A DNA stretch of 64,000 nucleotides from Eubacteriales bacterium (lineage in GTDB: Bacteria > Bacillota > Clostridia > Oscillospirales > CAG-272): positions 2,209 to 66,208 of the forward strand of contig JAZQXP010000067.1 of the NCBI GenBank assembly GCA_045632925.1. Reading direction: 5' to 3'. The notes under the pieces are model-generated. The model did not search any database. It saw only the letters and a list, made by a program, of their open reading frames with translations, and was not told the DNA's origin. This document shows, one piece after another, positions 1 to 8,837 of the stretch (the stretch's first letter is position 1; the number at the start of each line of letters is the position of its first letter). The position numbers and the translations under genes are program-made.

Positions 1-114
1 AACAAGGGTCTGCGCTACCGCATTTTCGGCGCAATACAGCGTGGCGAGATCGACGGCTTCAAGCCGATCTCGAAGATGCAGGGAATGAAATCGTATGATG
101 AATCCGAAGAATAA
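1..114 (+). CDS. 3' end of an upstream gene (last 37 codons ...GFKPISKMQGMKSYDESEE*); product not identifiable
   Basis: Frame 1 is open from the window edge to TAA at 112-114. The stop abuts the RBS of the next gene. Confidence 0.4.
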   Translation, partial: NKGLRYRIFGAIQRGEIDGFKPISKMQGMKSYDESEE

Positions 115-127
115 AGGAGTTTTTGAT

Positions 128-1141
128 ATGGAAAGAATCAGAACCGGCGCCGCTTACCACGGCAACCGAATACTGCACCACGTCGCGGACGATATGGCAG
201 AAATGGCTCGTCAGAATATGGACGTTGTCGTTCATATGTTCTCGCACAACGACTGGGACCGCCACCTCGGCGTGATGAACGAGATCTGCAAGATCTCGGA
301 GTATAACGGGCTCGAGGTCTGGATCGACAACTGGGGCATCGGAGGCCCTCCCGGCGACAAATCGCACTTTCTGCAGTACCATCCCGAGGCACATCAGGTC
401 TACTCGGACGGCTCGATCGATCCCGTTTCCGCCTGCTACAACGCACCCGCATTCATAGGTTTCACAAAGAACTGGATCGAGGCTGTCGCATCCTTCGGAG
501 GCAAGAAGATCTTCTGGGACGAGCCCCACTTCAAGCAGAAGGGCGAGCTCTTCTCCTGCTGCTGCCCGACCTGCCGGAAGCTCTTTGAGGAAAAATACGG
601 TCATCCTATGCCTACCGAAATGACCGACGAGATGCGCGAGTTCAGAATTGATTCTCTCCTCCGCTACTTTGACACCGTCTGCTCCTACGCGGCATCTATG
701 GGCATCGAGAACAGCGTTTGCGTTATGCTCCACACCCTCGATTACGCGAAGAAGATCATGACTATCCCTACCCTTAATGACTTCGGAATCGACCCCTACT
801 GGCATCCCAAGAGCGGCAAGCGCGATCCTTACGAGTACGTTTACAAGTCCTCGAAGCAAATCATCGAGGAGACAAGCGCGATCGGAAAACAGAACCACAT
901 CTGGATCCAGAGCTACGACATCCCGCGCGGACGTGAGGACGAGATCATCGTTGCCGCCGACGCTGCTTACGACGCGGGTGCACGCACACTCATTTCCTGG
1001 GCATTCCGCGGAAGCGAGTCGAATACGTACAAGAGCGAATGCTGCGAGCGCGCCTGGGCCGCCACCTGCGAGGCGTTCAGACGAGTACGCTCCAGACATT
1101 TCGATGCGATCCGAGAGGCGAATTTTAAGAAGTTTAATTAA
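128..1141 (+). CDS. hypothetical cytoplasmic protein (possibly sugar-active TIM-barrel-like); function unknown
   Basis: ORF 95..1141. AAAGGAG at 113-119 favours ATG 128 (MERIRTG...). Host-like codon usage and no signal peptide. Confidence 0.6.
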   Translation: MERIRTGAAYHGNRILHHVADDMAEMARQNMDVVVHMFSHNDWDRHLGVMNEICKISEYNGLEVWIDNWGIGGPPGDKSHFLQYHPEAHQVYSDGSIDPVSACYNAPAFIGFTKNWIEAVASFGGKKIFWDEPHFKQKGELFSCCCPTCRKLFEEKYGHPMPTEMTDEMREFRIDSLLRYFDTVCSYAASMGIENSVCVMLHTLDYAKKIMTIPTLNDFGIDPYWHPKSGKRDPYEYVYKSSKQIIEETSAIGKQNHIWIQSYDIPRGREDEIIVAADAAYDAGARTLISWAFRGSESNTYKSECCERAWAATCEAFRRVRSRHFDAIREANFKKFN

Positions 1142-1149
1142 TTTCGGAT

Positions 1150-1383
1150 ATGAAAACGAATAAATGCAAGTGTTGGCAACATGAAACGACCGGCACTGAC
1201 GGCAATACCGAATTATTCGGAGTAAACATTTTTGATTACGCTTGGCATGACACGAGAGAAAAAGCTTTTGTGAATGAAAAAGAAATCACCATTTATTCGG
1301 TAATTATCAATAACGAAAAACGCTTGTTTGCCGCAAAAGAAGTCAGCAATTGCGTTTGGGAGTTTTATATTTACAAATATTAA
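1150..1383 (+). CDS. small hypothetical protein (77 aa), AT-rich
   Basis: Only an ORF. Weak RBS and composition unlike the neighbours. Confidence 0.3.
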   Translation: MKTNKCKCWQHETTGTDGNTELFGVNIFDYAWHDTREKAFVNEKEITIYSVIINNEKRLFAAKEVSNCVWEFYIYKY

Positions 1384-1412
1384 TATCTGTCTTGAGAATC
1401 AATGCACCTTGA

Positions 1413-1908
1413 TCGCACTCACCAAATGAGGTGCAGGGGCGAAGCCCCATAGATGGAAACTTAAGCCTTGCCGTTTTTGCAGTACAGACTCGGTCCTCCT
1501 CATTCACCGCTGCACGCGGTCCCCTTTCCCCGCTGGGGAACGTAAAGGGTACATCGCGTATCTTTAATTTCTACAGCGAATACTATTCAACAATATAATT
1601 TTGCATAGCAAGAAGGAATATTTTATTGAAAAAGTTTGCAAAAACTCCATCACGAGTGCAAATTGATTTAATATAAATATTCCTTATTGCTTTTTATGGG
1701 TTTGATTGAATACGATATTCGTTGAATATCCGAAGAGGTTTGCAGTTACCCTTTTACGTTCCCCAGCGGGGAAAGGGGACCGCGTGCAGCGGTGAATGAG
1801 GAGAGCACCGTCTGTACTGCACGAACGATCAAAGTACCGACAACTATTAAATTCTCTTAAGTTCCCACCAATGGGGCTTCGCCACTGCACCCCGATTAGC
1901 GAGTGCGA
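1413..1908. repeat. 496-bp imperfect palindrome (foldback element); arms about 150 nt, AT-rich centre near 1648
   Basis: 1413-1560 is the reverse complement of 1745-1908, with a near-identical core (about 1498-1551 vs 1747-1802) and one indel block. Inner pairs such as AAGGAATATTT/AAATATTCCTT (1613-1625 / 1672-1684) continue toward the centre. Confidence 0.8.
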
Positions 1909-1951
1909 ACACAGTGTTCTTATAATTAAGATGATTATTTTTTGATTTCTA

Positions 1952-1980
1952 TTGACTTTTTCTCAAAAATATAGTAAAAT
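1952..1980 (+). promoter_or_regulatory. sigma70-like promoter TTGACT-17-TAAAAT
   Basis: -35 at 1952-1957 and -10 at 1975-1980. The predicted TSS near 1987 coincides with the 5' strand of the long stem. Confidence 0.55.
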
Positions 1981-1986
1981 ACAAGA

Positions 1987-2194
1987 GCCAAACTAATTCA
2001 ATAACCAACATTCAGCCCAAGGTATAACTGTACCTTTTTTAGGCATAAAATAACTCAGTTGCGTTTGACAAAACGCAGACTTCTTCCTGAGTTATTTATA
2101 TGCTACGCGCTGTGGGTAATTATTGGATTAGTTTGGCGACTATCGAAGTCTGTGTTTTTGTGCGGCGGCTTCGGTCGTCGCACTTTTGTTTTTT
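1987..2194 (+). ncRNA. candidate structured RNA (leader/riboswitch-like, or an sRNA) ending in an intrinsic terminator
   Basis: An 18-bp closing stem (1987-2004 / 2120-2137, one G-U) encloses hairpins at 2019-2036 and 2049-2096 (inner 2060-2077). A UUCG-capped terminator follows at 2160-2183 with a U-tract to 2194. I recognise no known riboswitch class. Confidence 0.35.
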
Positions 2195-2206
2195 GGAGAA
2201 AATAAT

Positions 2207-2548
2207 ATGAACGGAAAAGCGGCTTCAAATAGTTTTACTTACGGAATATACGCCGACACGCAATACGTACCCATTCCAATGCGCGAGAAGCTCGGCGAAG
2301 AATTCATAAAGGAAGCCTTTGACGTCTCAAAGCTTTACCGGGCGGAGATCAGCGTCGATCGACTCAAATATAAGATCCGCGTCAGCTTTTCTTTCAACTT
2401 TGACACTCCTATGAAAAATGTCAGCTGCCTTTTCGGGATGGCTGACTCAATATCCTTTTCCAAAGGAAACTGCGACTATGACCTCACAGCGAGCCTCGAT
2501 TTCTATACCCACGTCGTTGTAAAAAGAGGTATGTCTATAGCACCATAA
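2207..2548 (+). CDS. hypothetical protein (113 aa)
   Basis: ORF 2186..2548. GGAGAA RBS at 2194-2199 favours ATG 2207. Lies downstream of the structured leader. Confidence 0.5.
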   Translation: MNGKAASNSFTYGIYADTQYVPIPMREKLGEEFIKEAFDVSKLYRAEISVDRLKYKIRVSFSFNFDTPMKNVSCLFGMADSISFSKGNCDYDLTASLDFYTHVVVKRGMSIAP

Positions 2549-2577
2549 AAGGGACTGATTCACTCAGTCCCTTTTAT
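2547..2577. terminator. bidirectional intrinsic terminator
   Basis: AAAGGGACTGA-TTCAC-TCAGTCCCTTT flanked by A/T runs, between convergent genes. Confidence 0.7.
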
Positions 2578-2578
2578 A

Positions 2579-3586
2579 TTAAAGAAGTAAAATTCCGTTA
2601 TTTTTGCAGATCTCAACGTCATCCGCGGGCCAGCAGGATGCCTGGACCTCGCCGATATGCGCCTTGCGAAGGAAGAACATACACATTCTCGACTGACCGA
2701 TACCGCCGCCGATCGTCAGCGGAAGCTTGCCCTCGAGCAGGTCGCGGTGATAAGGAAGCTTTGCGCGGTCGGTAAAGCCCGAGATATCAAGCTGACGGCG
2801 AAGCGACTCGGCGTCAACTCTGATACCCATACTCGAAAGCTCAAGAGCCATATCGAGGACGGGGTAATAAACGATGATGTCGCCGTTGAGCTCCCAATCG
2901 TCGTAGTCGGGTGCGCGGCCGTCGTGCGGCTTGCCCGAGATCGGCATTGCGCCTCCGATCTTCGAGATGAATACGGCACCGTACTCCTTTGCCGCGCGGT
3001 ATTCGCGCTCCTTGGCAGTCAGAGTCGGATATTTAGCCTCAAGCTCGAAGGAGGAAACGAACGTGATCTCCTCGGGGAGCAGATGACCGATGAAGTTATA
3101 GTCGTCGGCTATGTAATTCTCGGTCTGACGGAGAGCGTCGTAGATATAGCGGACGGTGCGCTGAAGGTATTCCTCGGTGCGCTCCGTGGGGCGGATGATC
3201 TTCTCCCAGTCCCACTGATCGACGAAAACGCTGTGGATATTATCGGTCTCCTCGTCGCGTCGGATAGCGTTCATATCGGTATAAAGTCCCTCGCCTGGAG
3301 CAAAGCCGTACTTCTTGAGCGCGACTCTCTTCCACTTTGCAAGCGACTGCACGATCTCAAACTCGCCCGCCGAATATCCCATATCAAATGCTACGGGACG
3401 TTCGCGTCCGCTGAGGTTATCGTTCAGACCCGACGCAGCGTCAACGAAAAGCGGAGCCGAAACACGGCGCAGATTGAGCTGATTTGCAAGATTGGACTGA
3501 AAGAAATCCTTGATCTTCTTGATCGCTATTTGCGTTTGTCTTGCTGTCAGATGCGAGGAATAACCCTCGGGAATCATAATAGGCAT
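2579..3586 (-). CDS. asnA: aspartate--ammonia ligase (asparagine synthetase A)
   Basis: Full-length colinearity with AsnA motifs ([22 protein letters not shown]). GAGGTG RBS favours ATG 3586 over the GTG at 3595. Confidence 0.93.
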   Translation of the reverse strand: MPIMIPEGYSSHLTARQTQIAIKKIKDFFQSNLANQLNLRRVSAPLFVDAASGLNDNLSGRERPVAFDMGYSAGEFEIVQSLAKWKRVALKKYGFAPGEGLYTDMNAIRRDEETDNIHSVFVDQWDWEKIIRPTERTEEYLQRTVRYIYDALRQTENYIADDYNFIGHLLPEEITFVSSFELEAKYPTLTAKEREYRAAKEYGAVFISKIGGAMPISGKPHDGRAPDYDDWELNGDIIVYYPVLDMALELSSMGIRVDAESLRRQLDISGFTDRAKLPYHRDLLEGKLPLTIGGGIGQSRMCMFFLRKAHIGEVQASCWPADDVEICKNNGILLL

Positions 3587-3652
3587 CAACTGCACCTCAT
3601 TTCACTAAATAATAATCAATTATAGCACAAATACGCGCGCTTGTCAAGATAT

Positions 3653-4435
3653 TTATATATCCGCAAGCATATAGGGCTTGAGCTGACCGTTTGTCTCCGC
3701 GGCAACTGCGCCGAAGACCTTGACGGATTCGCTGAGTTCCTCCATCGTTCCGATGGTCCAGATACCGATATTGCCGTACTTACGGACCTCTTCGCAGAAT
3801 TCGGGATCGGCAAATCTACCCTTGAACCAAGCGGTCGACTTGTTCTGATAGGGAATCCAATACGTAACTCTGCCCTCGGCAACCGCACGGGTGTGCTCGA
3901 GAGCTTCTTTTGTCATAAGACCGTCGTAGTGCATATGTGCCTCGGGGAACTTCCTTGCAAGCCAATCGAAATAAGGAAGGGTCTTGCATGTAAAACCGAT
4001 CTTCGCGCCCATATCGGCGGCTTTTACCGTCTCGCAGAAGATCTCAAACTGCTCCTCGCTGAAGCTTTGGAAGACGTTGTCGAGCTTGACGTCAACGCCC
4101 GTGGGCTTGAGTGCTTCAAGAGTCTCGGCAAGCGTGGGAATTCTAACTCCGCGGAACTGCTCGCCCTTGAAAAGTCCCGCGTCGAGAGCCTTGATCTCGG
4201 CAAGAGTCAGCGCGGTAGACGCGATCTTTTCCTCGAATGATGTGCCGTCATCGCGGCGGCAGGTGCGGTTTATCGTGCCGTCATGCAGCATGATACAGAC
4301 GTTGTCCTTGGTGAACTTGCAGTCCATCTCGACGATCTTGTATCCCTGCTCAACTGCGGCAAGGTATGAAACCAGAGTATTCTCGGGATATGAAACGCTG
4401 TCGCCCCTGTGGGCTTGGAACTTGAATTCGGACAT
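3653..4435 (-). CDS. glycerophosphodiester phosphodiesterase family protein
   Basis: N-terminal FQAHRGDS..PENT and EMDCKFTKD..MLHD motifs. GGAGGT RBS before ATG 4435. The longer ORF up to 4864 has no support. Confidence 0.8.
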   Translation of the reverse strand: MSEFKFQAHRGDSVSYPENTLVSYLAAVEQGYKIVEMDCKFTKDNVCIMLHDGTINRTCRRDDGTSFEEKIASTALTLAEIKALDAGLFKGEQFRGVRIPTLAETLEALKPTGVDVKLDNVFQSFSEEQFEIFCETVKAADMGAKIGFTCKTLPYFDWLARKFPEAHMHYDGLMTKEALEHTRAVAEGRVTYWIPYQNKSTAWFKGRFADPEFCEEVRKYGNIGIWTIGTMEELSESVKVFGAVAAETNGQLKPYMLADI

Positions 4436-4552
4436 GGTAGTACCTCCAAAACAATATATTAAGATTATACAATCATTCGGAGGAAAAGTCAAGATAAAAG
4501 ATTGAAAAGAGTCCGAATATGTGGTATAATAAAACAAAAACGCAGGTGACAT

Positions 4553-5812
4553 ATGAAAAGATATCTTGCATTTATTCTTGCTGTCGCAATGCTCCTTCCC
4601 CTCATCGCCTCTTGCGGACCGAAAAGACTTGATGAGCCCGTGGAGCTTATTATTGCCAACGACATTCATTACATATCCCCCGAGATCAACGGGTATCGTG
4701 TCGAGGACGTCAGCGGCGTTCAATACCATATGCCCTCGGACGGCAAGCTCGTCAACTACATAGTCGAGATCACCGACGCATTCATCGCAGAGGTCATCGA
4801 AAGGAAGCCGAAGGCATTGATCCTCGCAGGCGACCTTACAATGGACGGCGCCGTGGTCAGCCACCGTGAGCTTGTCTCAAAGCTCACTGCCGTCAAGGAT
4901 GCGGGAATCGACCTTCTGATCATTCCCGGGAACCACGATGTGGACGGCACGGCTGTCGATTATTCGGAAGAGGTCATCAAAGCCACCGAGGCGGCTGATT
5001 CTGCAAAATACATCGAGCTTTACGAGCCGCTGATGCCCGAAACCGTCAGCCGTGACAGCGTTTCGATGAGCTATATCTATCAAGCCTCCGAAAAGCTCCG
5101 CATCCTTATGCTCGACACGAACACGTACGGAAAGTGCTACGTCAAGGACGAAACGCTCAAATGGATCGAGGAAGAGCTTAAAGCCGCGCAGGACAAGGGT
5201 ATCAGCGTCTTCGCCGTCAGCCACCAGAACCTCTACGCGCACAACGACCTTCTTTCCTTCCAATACGAGCTCTACAATTCAAAAAAGCTCCTTGATCTTT
5301 ACGAAAAATATTCGGTAAAGTGCAATTTCAGCGCACATATCCATATTCAAAGCATCCTTGACGACAATACCGTTCCCGAGGTCTCAACGTCATCTATGGC
5401 GATCACGGGCTCTCACTACGGGGAGATCGTATATGACGGCAGAGAGATACGCTATGCGGCCAAATCGGTCGACGTCGCATCCTATGCCGAAAGCATCGGA
5501 AGCACAGATGAAAATCTGCTGAATTTTGCAAGCTACGCGACGGCTCATTTTGAAGAAACAGCTCGCAGGCAATGCAAAAATGAAATCACAAATTCAATAT
5601 TTCCCGACGGAGTTATCGATCTTATGGCAGAGACCTACGCCAAGATAAACTCGGTGTATTTCGAGGGAAAGCCCATCGATGTATCGGAATACAGCGAGGG
5701 GCTTGAGCAATGGGAGCTCTATATTGAAGAATCCTTTATCGCAAAATATATTATGTCAATGCTCAAAAAAACCGATGGCGGCGGACTTGAGATCACTATA
5801 AAAATTGACTGA
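4553..5812 (+). CDS. metallophosphoesterase lipoprotein
   Basis: Lipobox LIASC. Calcineurin-like motifs NDIHY, GDLTMDG, GNHD and SHQN. Confidence 0.8.
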   Translation: MKRYLAFILAVAMLLPLIASCGPKRLDEPVELIIANDIHYISPEINGYRVEDVSGVQYHMPSDGKLVNYIVEITDAFIAEVIERKPKALILAGDLTMDGAVVSHRELVSKLTAVKDAGIDLLIIPGNHDVDGTAVDYSEEVIKATEAADSAKYIELYEPLMPETVSRDSVSMSYIYQASEKLRILMLDTNTYGKCYVKDETLKWIEEELKAAQDKGISVFAVSHQNLYAHNDLLSFQYELYNSKKLLDLYEKYSVKCNFSAHIHIQSILDDNTVPEVSTSSMAITGSHYGEIVYDGREIRYAAKSVDVASYAESIGSTDENLLNFASYATAHFEETARRQCKNEITNSIFPDGVIDLMAETYAKINSVYFEGKPIDVSEYSEGLEQWELYIEESFIAKYIMSMLKKTDGGGLEITIKID

Positions 5813-5815
5813 ATA

Positions 5816-5852
5816 AAATATCAGCCGCATCTTGCGATGCGGCTGATATTTT
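5816..5852. terminator. bidirectional intrinsic terminator
   Basis: AAAATATCAGCCGCATC-TTGC-GATGCGGCTGATATTTT. Confidence 0.8.
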
Positions 5853-8691
5853 ATTGATAATCGAAAACAACGGTTATTCCCTCGCTCGATCCGGCAACCT
5901 TGACCGAAGGATCAAAGATATAGAGTGTTTTCGTCTCTTCGTCAAATCGGCATCCCTCGCATTCGTACTCAAGATGATCGTAATAAGGAACCCAATATCC
6001 CTCCTCGATCTCAAGAGTCAGGCATTCCTCCCAGACAATACCGAAGACGACCTCGGCATCGGGCATGATATAAAGCTCGCCGTCAAGCAGAGCTTCGCCC
6101 TCGAGAAGGACCCATCCCGTGCTAGCCTTGCCCGCAACACAGTAAACTCTGTCGCCGAGCGAGAAAACTGAACCGAAATCAAGATAGCTTGTTCCGATCG
6201 TCTCGCCGCTTGCGATATCGATAAAGCTTATGCTGTGCGCATTCGGCACAAAGCTTCCGCGTAGGATAACGTCGCCCTCGGGCATTATGAATTCGCCCGA
6301 CGAAATATCAATATCGTCGCCGTTCCAGCCCGTGAAGGTGTATCCGTTCTTGGTCGGAGTAAGGCTGAGATTGACCTTCTGTCCCGCTCTGACACCGATG
6401 GTGCCGTAGGGCTTGCCGTCGATGATGAAGATGATGCGGTTGTCACCGTCCGAGAACGCGCCGAAAACGTCAACGTCGTGCGCAGGCATATTGAAGTATC
6501 CCGAAAGGATATTTGCGCCCGCAGAGCTCCAGGCGAAGCTGCAGCCATCCATCTCCTCATCGGGACGTAGAATAACCTTCTCGCCGTAACCGTAGGCGTC
6601 GCTATAAAGCAGGATTCCGTCAAGGTAATAATTTACCTTATAGCTGCATCGCTCGAAAGAGCCGATGAAAATAACGTCGTTATCGGGGATAGCGATTATT
6701 CCTCCCGATGCGTCGAGAGCGGTATCCTGAATCCTCCAACCGGTGAATTCGTATCCGGGTCTGACCTCGATACCGCGGACGGTATAGATCTCGCCGAAGA
6801 GAACGCTGTCTGTATAGACGTTCACGCCGTCAAGGATATAGTTTACGGTATGCGGCTTCGGTGTCGATTCCGCGCTGAAACGGATGTCAGCCTCGGGCAT
6901 AATAAAGGAGGAGGACTCCAAGCCCGCGATATCGGTCGTGACCCAACCGCTGACGGTATGTCCATGCTTCTCTGCGGGTGCCGCAAGAGTCACAAGGCTT
7001 CCGACCTCGGCGCGGACCCTTGAGATCACCTCGCCGTCGAGGATATAGATGACCTCTGCGTCTCTGATCTCCGACTTGACGTAAAGATCGTGCGCGGGCA
7101 TGATCTCGGGAAGCCCAAGCCAGCCTGAAAAGATCTTGCCCTTTGCTTCATCGGGTCTTTCGGGAGCCGTCAGAGGGGTGCCCTCATAGTGAGGAACGCT
7201 GAGCCAAAGCTCATCGTTGATATAAAAATAGACGTAATAAACAGGCTTATCTGTGGTATAGACCGCTGTGTAGGATGCGTCCGCGGTAAATGTCGGCGCA
7301 ACCTCTCTGTCCCAGCCGACAAACTTGTACACAACATCGCCGAAGGTAAGCGCGGTGGTCTCGGGAGGCGCGGGCGGCAGAATAGGATCGCCGTAATGAC
7401 CCGTCAGGATCACGTCGGACGATCCGTTCGGGAAAAAGCCGATCTCGGTATCGAAGACGACTGTATAGACCTTCAACGCACCCGGGATATACTCAGCCTT
7501 GAAGGACACGTCCTCGCTGACGGTGTACTCATATCCGCCGTTGTATAGGTGTCCATTATGATCGCGCCAGCCGACGAAATTGTAATATCTGACCTCGTCC
7601 TCGTGTCTCGGCTCGATCGGTAATACGAGCTTTCCATCGGTCGCAACGTGCGACTGAGTCGGAGCGTTTCCGTCGTCGTGGTCAAAGGTAACTGTATATT
7701 TCAGAACCTCGCAATCCCAGATAAGCTCGAGAGCCAATTCTCTGCCCTCGCGGGTCACTCGGATCTCCTTGAATCTGTAGCGCGCGTTGTCAAGATAAAC
7801 ATCTGCGGGTTTATAGCTCGAATACGACTCAAGTACCGCCTCGACCTCGGCTTTTGTACCGCTTATAAGCTTCGATTTTCCTCCGCCGATCAGCTCACCG
7901 TATTCGGTATGGATCAGGAGCGAATATTCGATCATTTCCTTGCCGTAAAGTGCGGTAAACTCCAGAGGCTGCTTTCCGACGGTTATCGGGAATTCAACCA
8001 TATTCGTTCCGTCAAGCGAAAAACCGATCAGCGGATATCTAAAGTCGCTGTCCTCCGCCTTTTCGGGCATTCGAGCCAGAAGCTCCGCGGGATCTATCAG
8101 CTCTCCCGCCTTAAAGTAAAACTCGGTAACAGTACCCTCGCGGAAAGCTCCCTCTCCCGCCCCGAAGGAAACGAGATAGCTGTATTCAACCACGGGATAG
8201 ATATGTAATCCTTCGTCGGTTACGGCAGGCGGATCGGAAACGTCATAAACCTTTCTCTCGCCGTCATTGCCGACGGAATATTCCCATCCCTTGAACTCGA
8301 CCTTAACGGTTTTGCTGTCCGATGGCAGGGAAATCGCTTCAAGCGCAGAGCTTGGCAACGTCTTTCCAACCTCAACGGGATAAGCTATGGATTTTCCGTC
8401 AAGCTCATAAACGTAAACAAGAACCTCCGCGGGCTTTGGTTCAACCGTGGTTTCGGGAGCGGGAGGCTCGGTCGTCTCCTCCTCTGTTATCTCCGAAGTA
8501 GTCTCTTCGGGGATGATTTCGGTTGTCACTTCGGGTGCCGACGTCGTGATCTCGGTAACGGGATCGGTCACGGCGTCTGTCGTCACCTCGCCTTCCCCGC
8601 GGTTACATCCCGCAAAGCAGAGGCAGAAACAAAGCAGGCACAATATGACAAAAACGGGGTATTTACTTCTTCGGGCGACATATCTTTCCAT
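5851..8691 (-). CDS. large surface lipoprotein with InlB B-repeat (Listeria/Bacteroides repeat) domains
   Basis: Lipobox FAGC and a T/E/P-rich linker. At least 8 repeats have the Y.F.GW signature (FKGWEY, FVGWRD, FVGWDR, FSGWLG, VSGWVT, FTGWRI, FTGWNG, STGWVL). AAGGAGGA RBS. Confidence 0.8.
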   Translation of the reverse strand: MERYVARRSKYPVFVILCLLCFCLCFAGCNRGEGEVTTDAVTDPVTEITTSAPEVTTEIIPEETTSEITEEETTEPPAPETTVEPKPAEVLVYVYELDGKSIAYPVEVGKTLPSSALEAISLPSDSKTVKVEFKGWEYSVGNDGERKVYDVSDPPAVTDEGLHIYPVVEYSYLVSFGAGEGAFREGTVTEFYFKAGELIDPAELLARMPEKAEDSDFRYPLIGFSLDGTNMVEFPITVGKQPLEFTALYGKEMIEYSLLIHTEYGELIGGGKSKLISGTKAEVEAVLESYSSYKPADVYLDNARYRFKEIRVTREGRELALELIWDCEVLKYTVTFDHDDGNAPTQSHVATDGKLVLPIEPRHEDEVRYYNFVGWRDHNGHLYNGGYEYTVSEDVSFKAEYIPGALKVYTVVFDTEIGFFPNGSSDVILTGHYGDPILPPAPPETTALTFGDVVYKFVGWDREVAPTFTADASYTAVYTTDKPVYYVYFYINDELWLSVPHYEGTPLTAPERPDEAKGKIFSGWLGLPEIMPAHDLYVKSEIRDAEVIYILDGEVISRVRAEVGSLVTLAAPAEKHGHTVSGWVTTDIAGLESSSFIMPEADIRFSAESTPKPHTVNYILDGVNVYTDSVLFGEIYTVRGIEVRPGYEFTGWRIQDTALDASGGIIAIPDNDVIFIGSFERCSYKVNYYLDGILLYSDAYGYGEKVILRPDEEMDGCSFAWSSAGANILSGYFNMPAHDVDVFGAFSDGDNRIIFIIDGKPYGTIGVRAGQKVNLSLTPTKNGYTFTGWNGDDIDISSGEFIMPEGDVILRGSFVPNAHSISFIDIASGETIGTSYLDFGSVFSLGDRVYCVAGKASTGWVLLEGEALLDGELYIMPDAEVVFGIVWEECLTLEIEEGYWVPYYDHLEYECEGCRFDEETKTLYIFDPSVKVAGSSEGITVVFDYQ

Positions 8692-8837
8692 TGTTCGTCC
8701 TCCTTTGCAGAATATTATTTTTCACATTTAGATGATACACGAAATATGTGAATTACGGGGGGTATAATTATAAATAAATATAGTAAATATTAATAAGATT
8801 CTAATGCCGACGGTCGAAAACCGTCGGCATTGGAATT

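Noticed and set aside
1684-1890. 68-aa ORF (…LIHRCTRSPFPAGERKRV…).
   Set aside because: It lies entirely within one arm of the 496-bp palindrome. Its mirror image on the other arm is not open in the same way, and there is no RBS.
3653-4864. 403-aa version of the GDPD gene extending to 4864. Similar N-terminal extensions occur for 23540, 16080, 18342, 20459, 52383, 54814, 48458 and 59922.
   Set aside because: The extensions lack RBSs, overlap divergent genes or promoters, and have non-coding-like composition. Internal starts with GGAGG-type RBSs match family N-termini.
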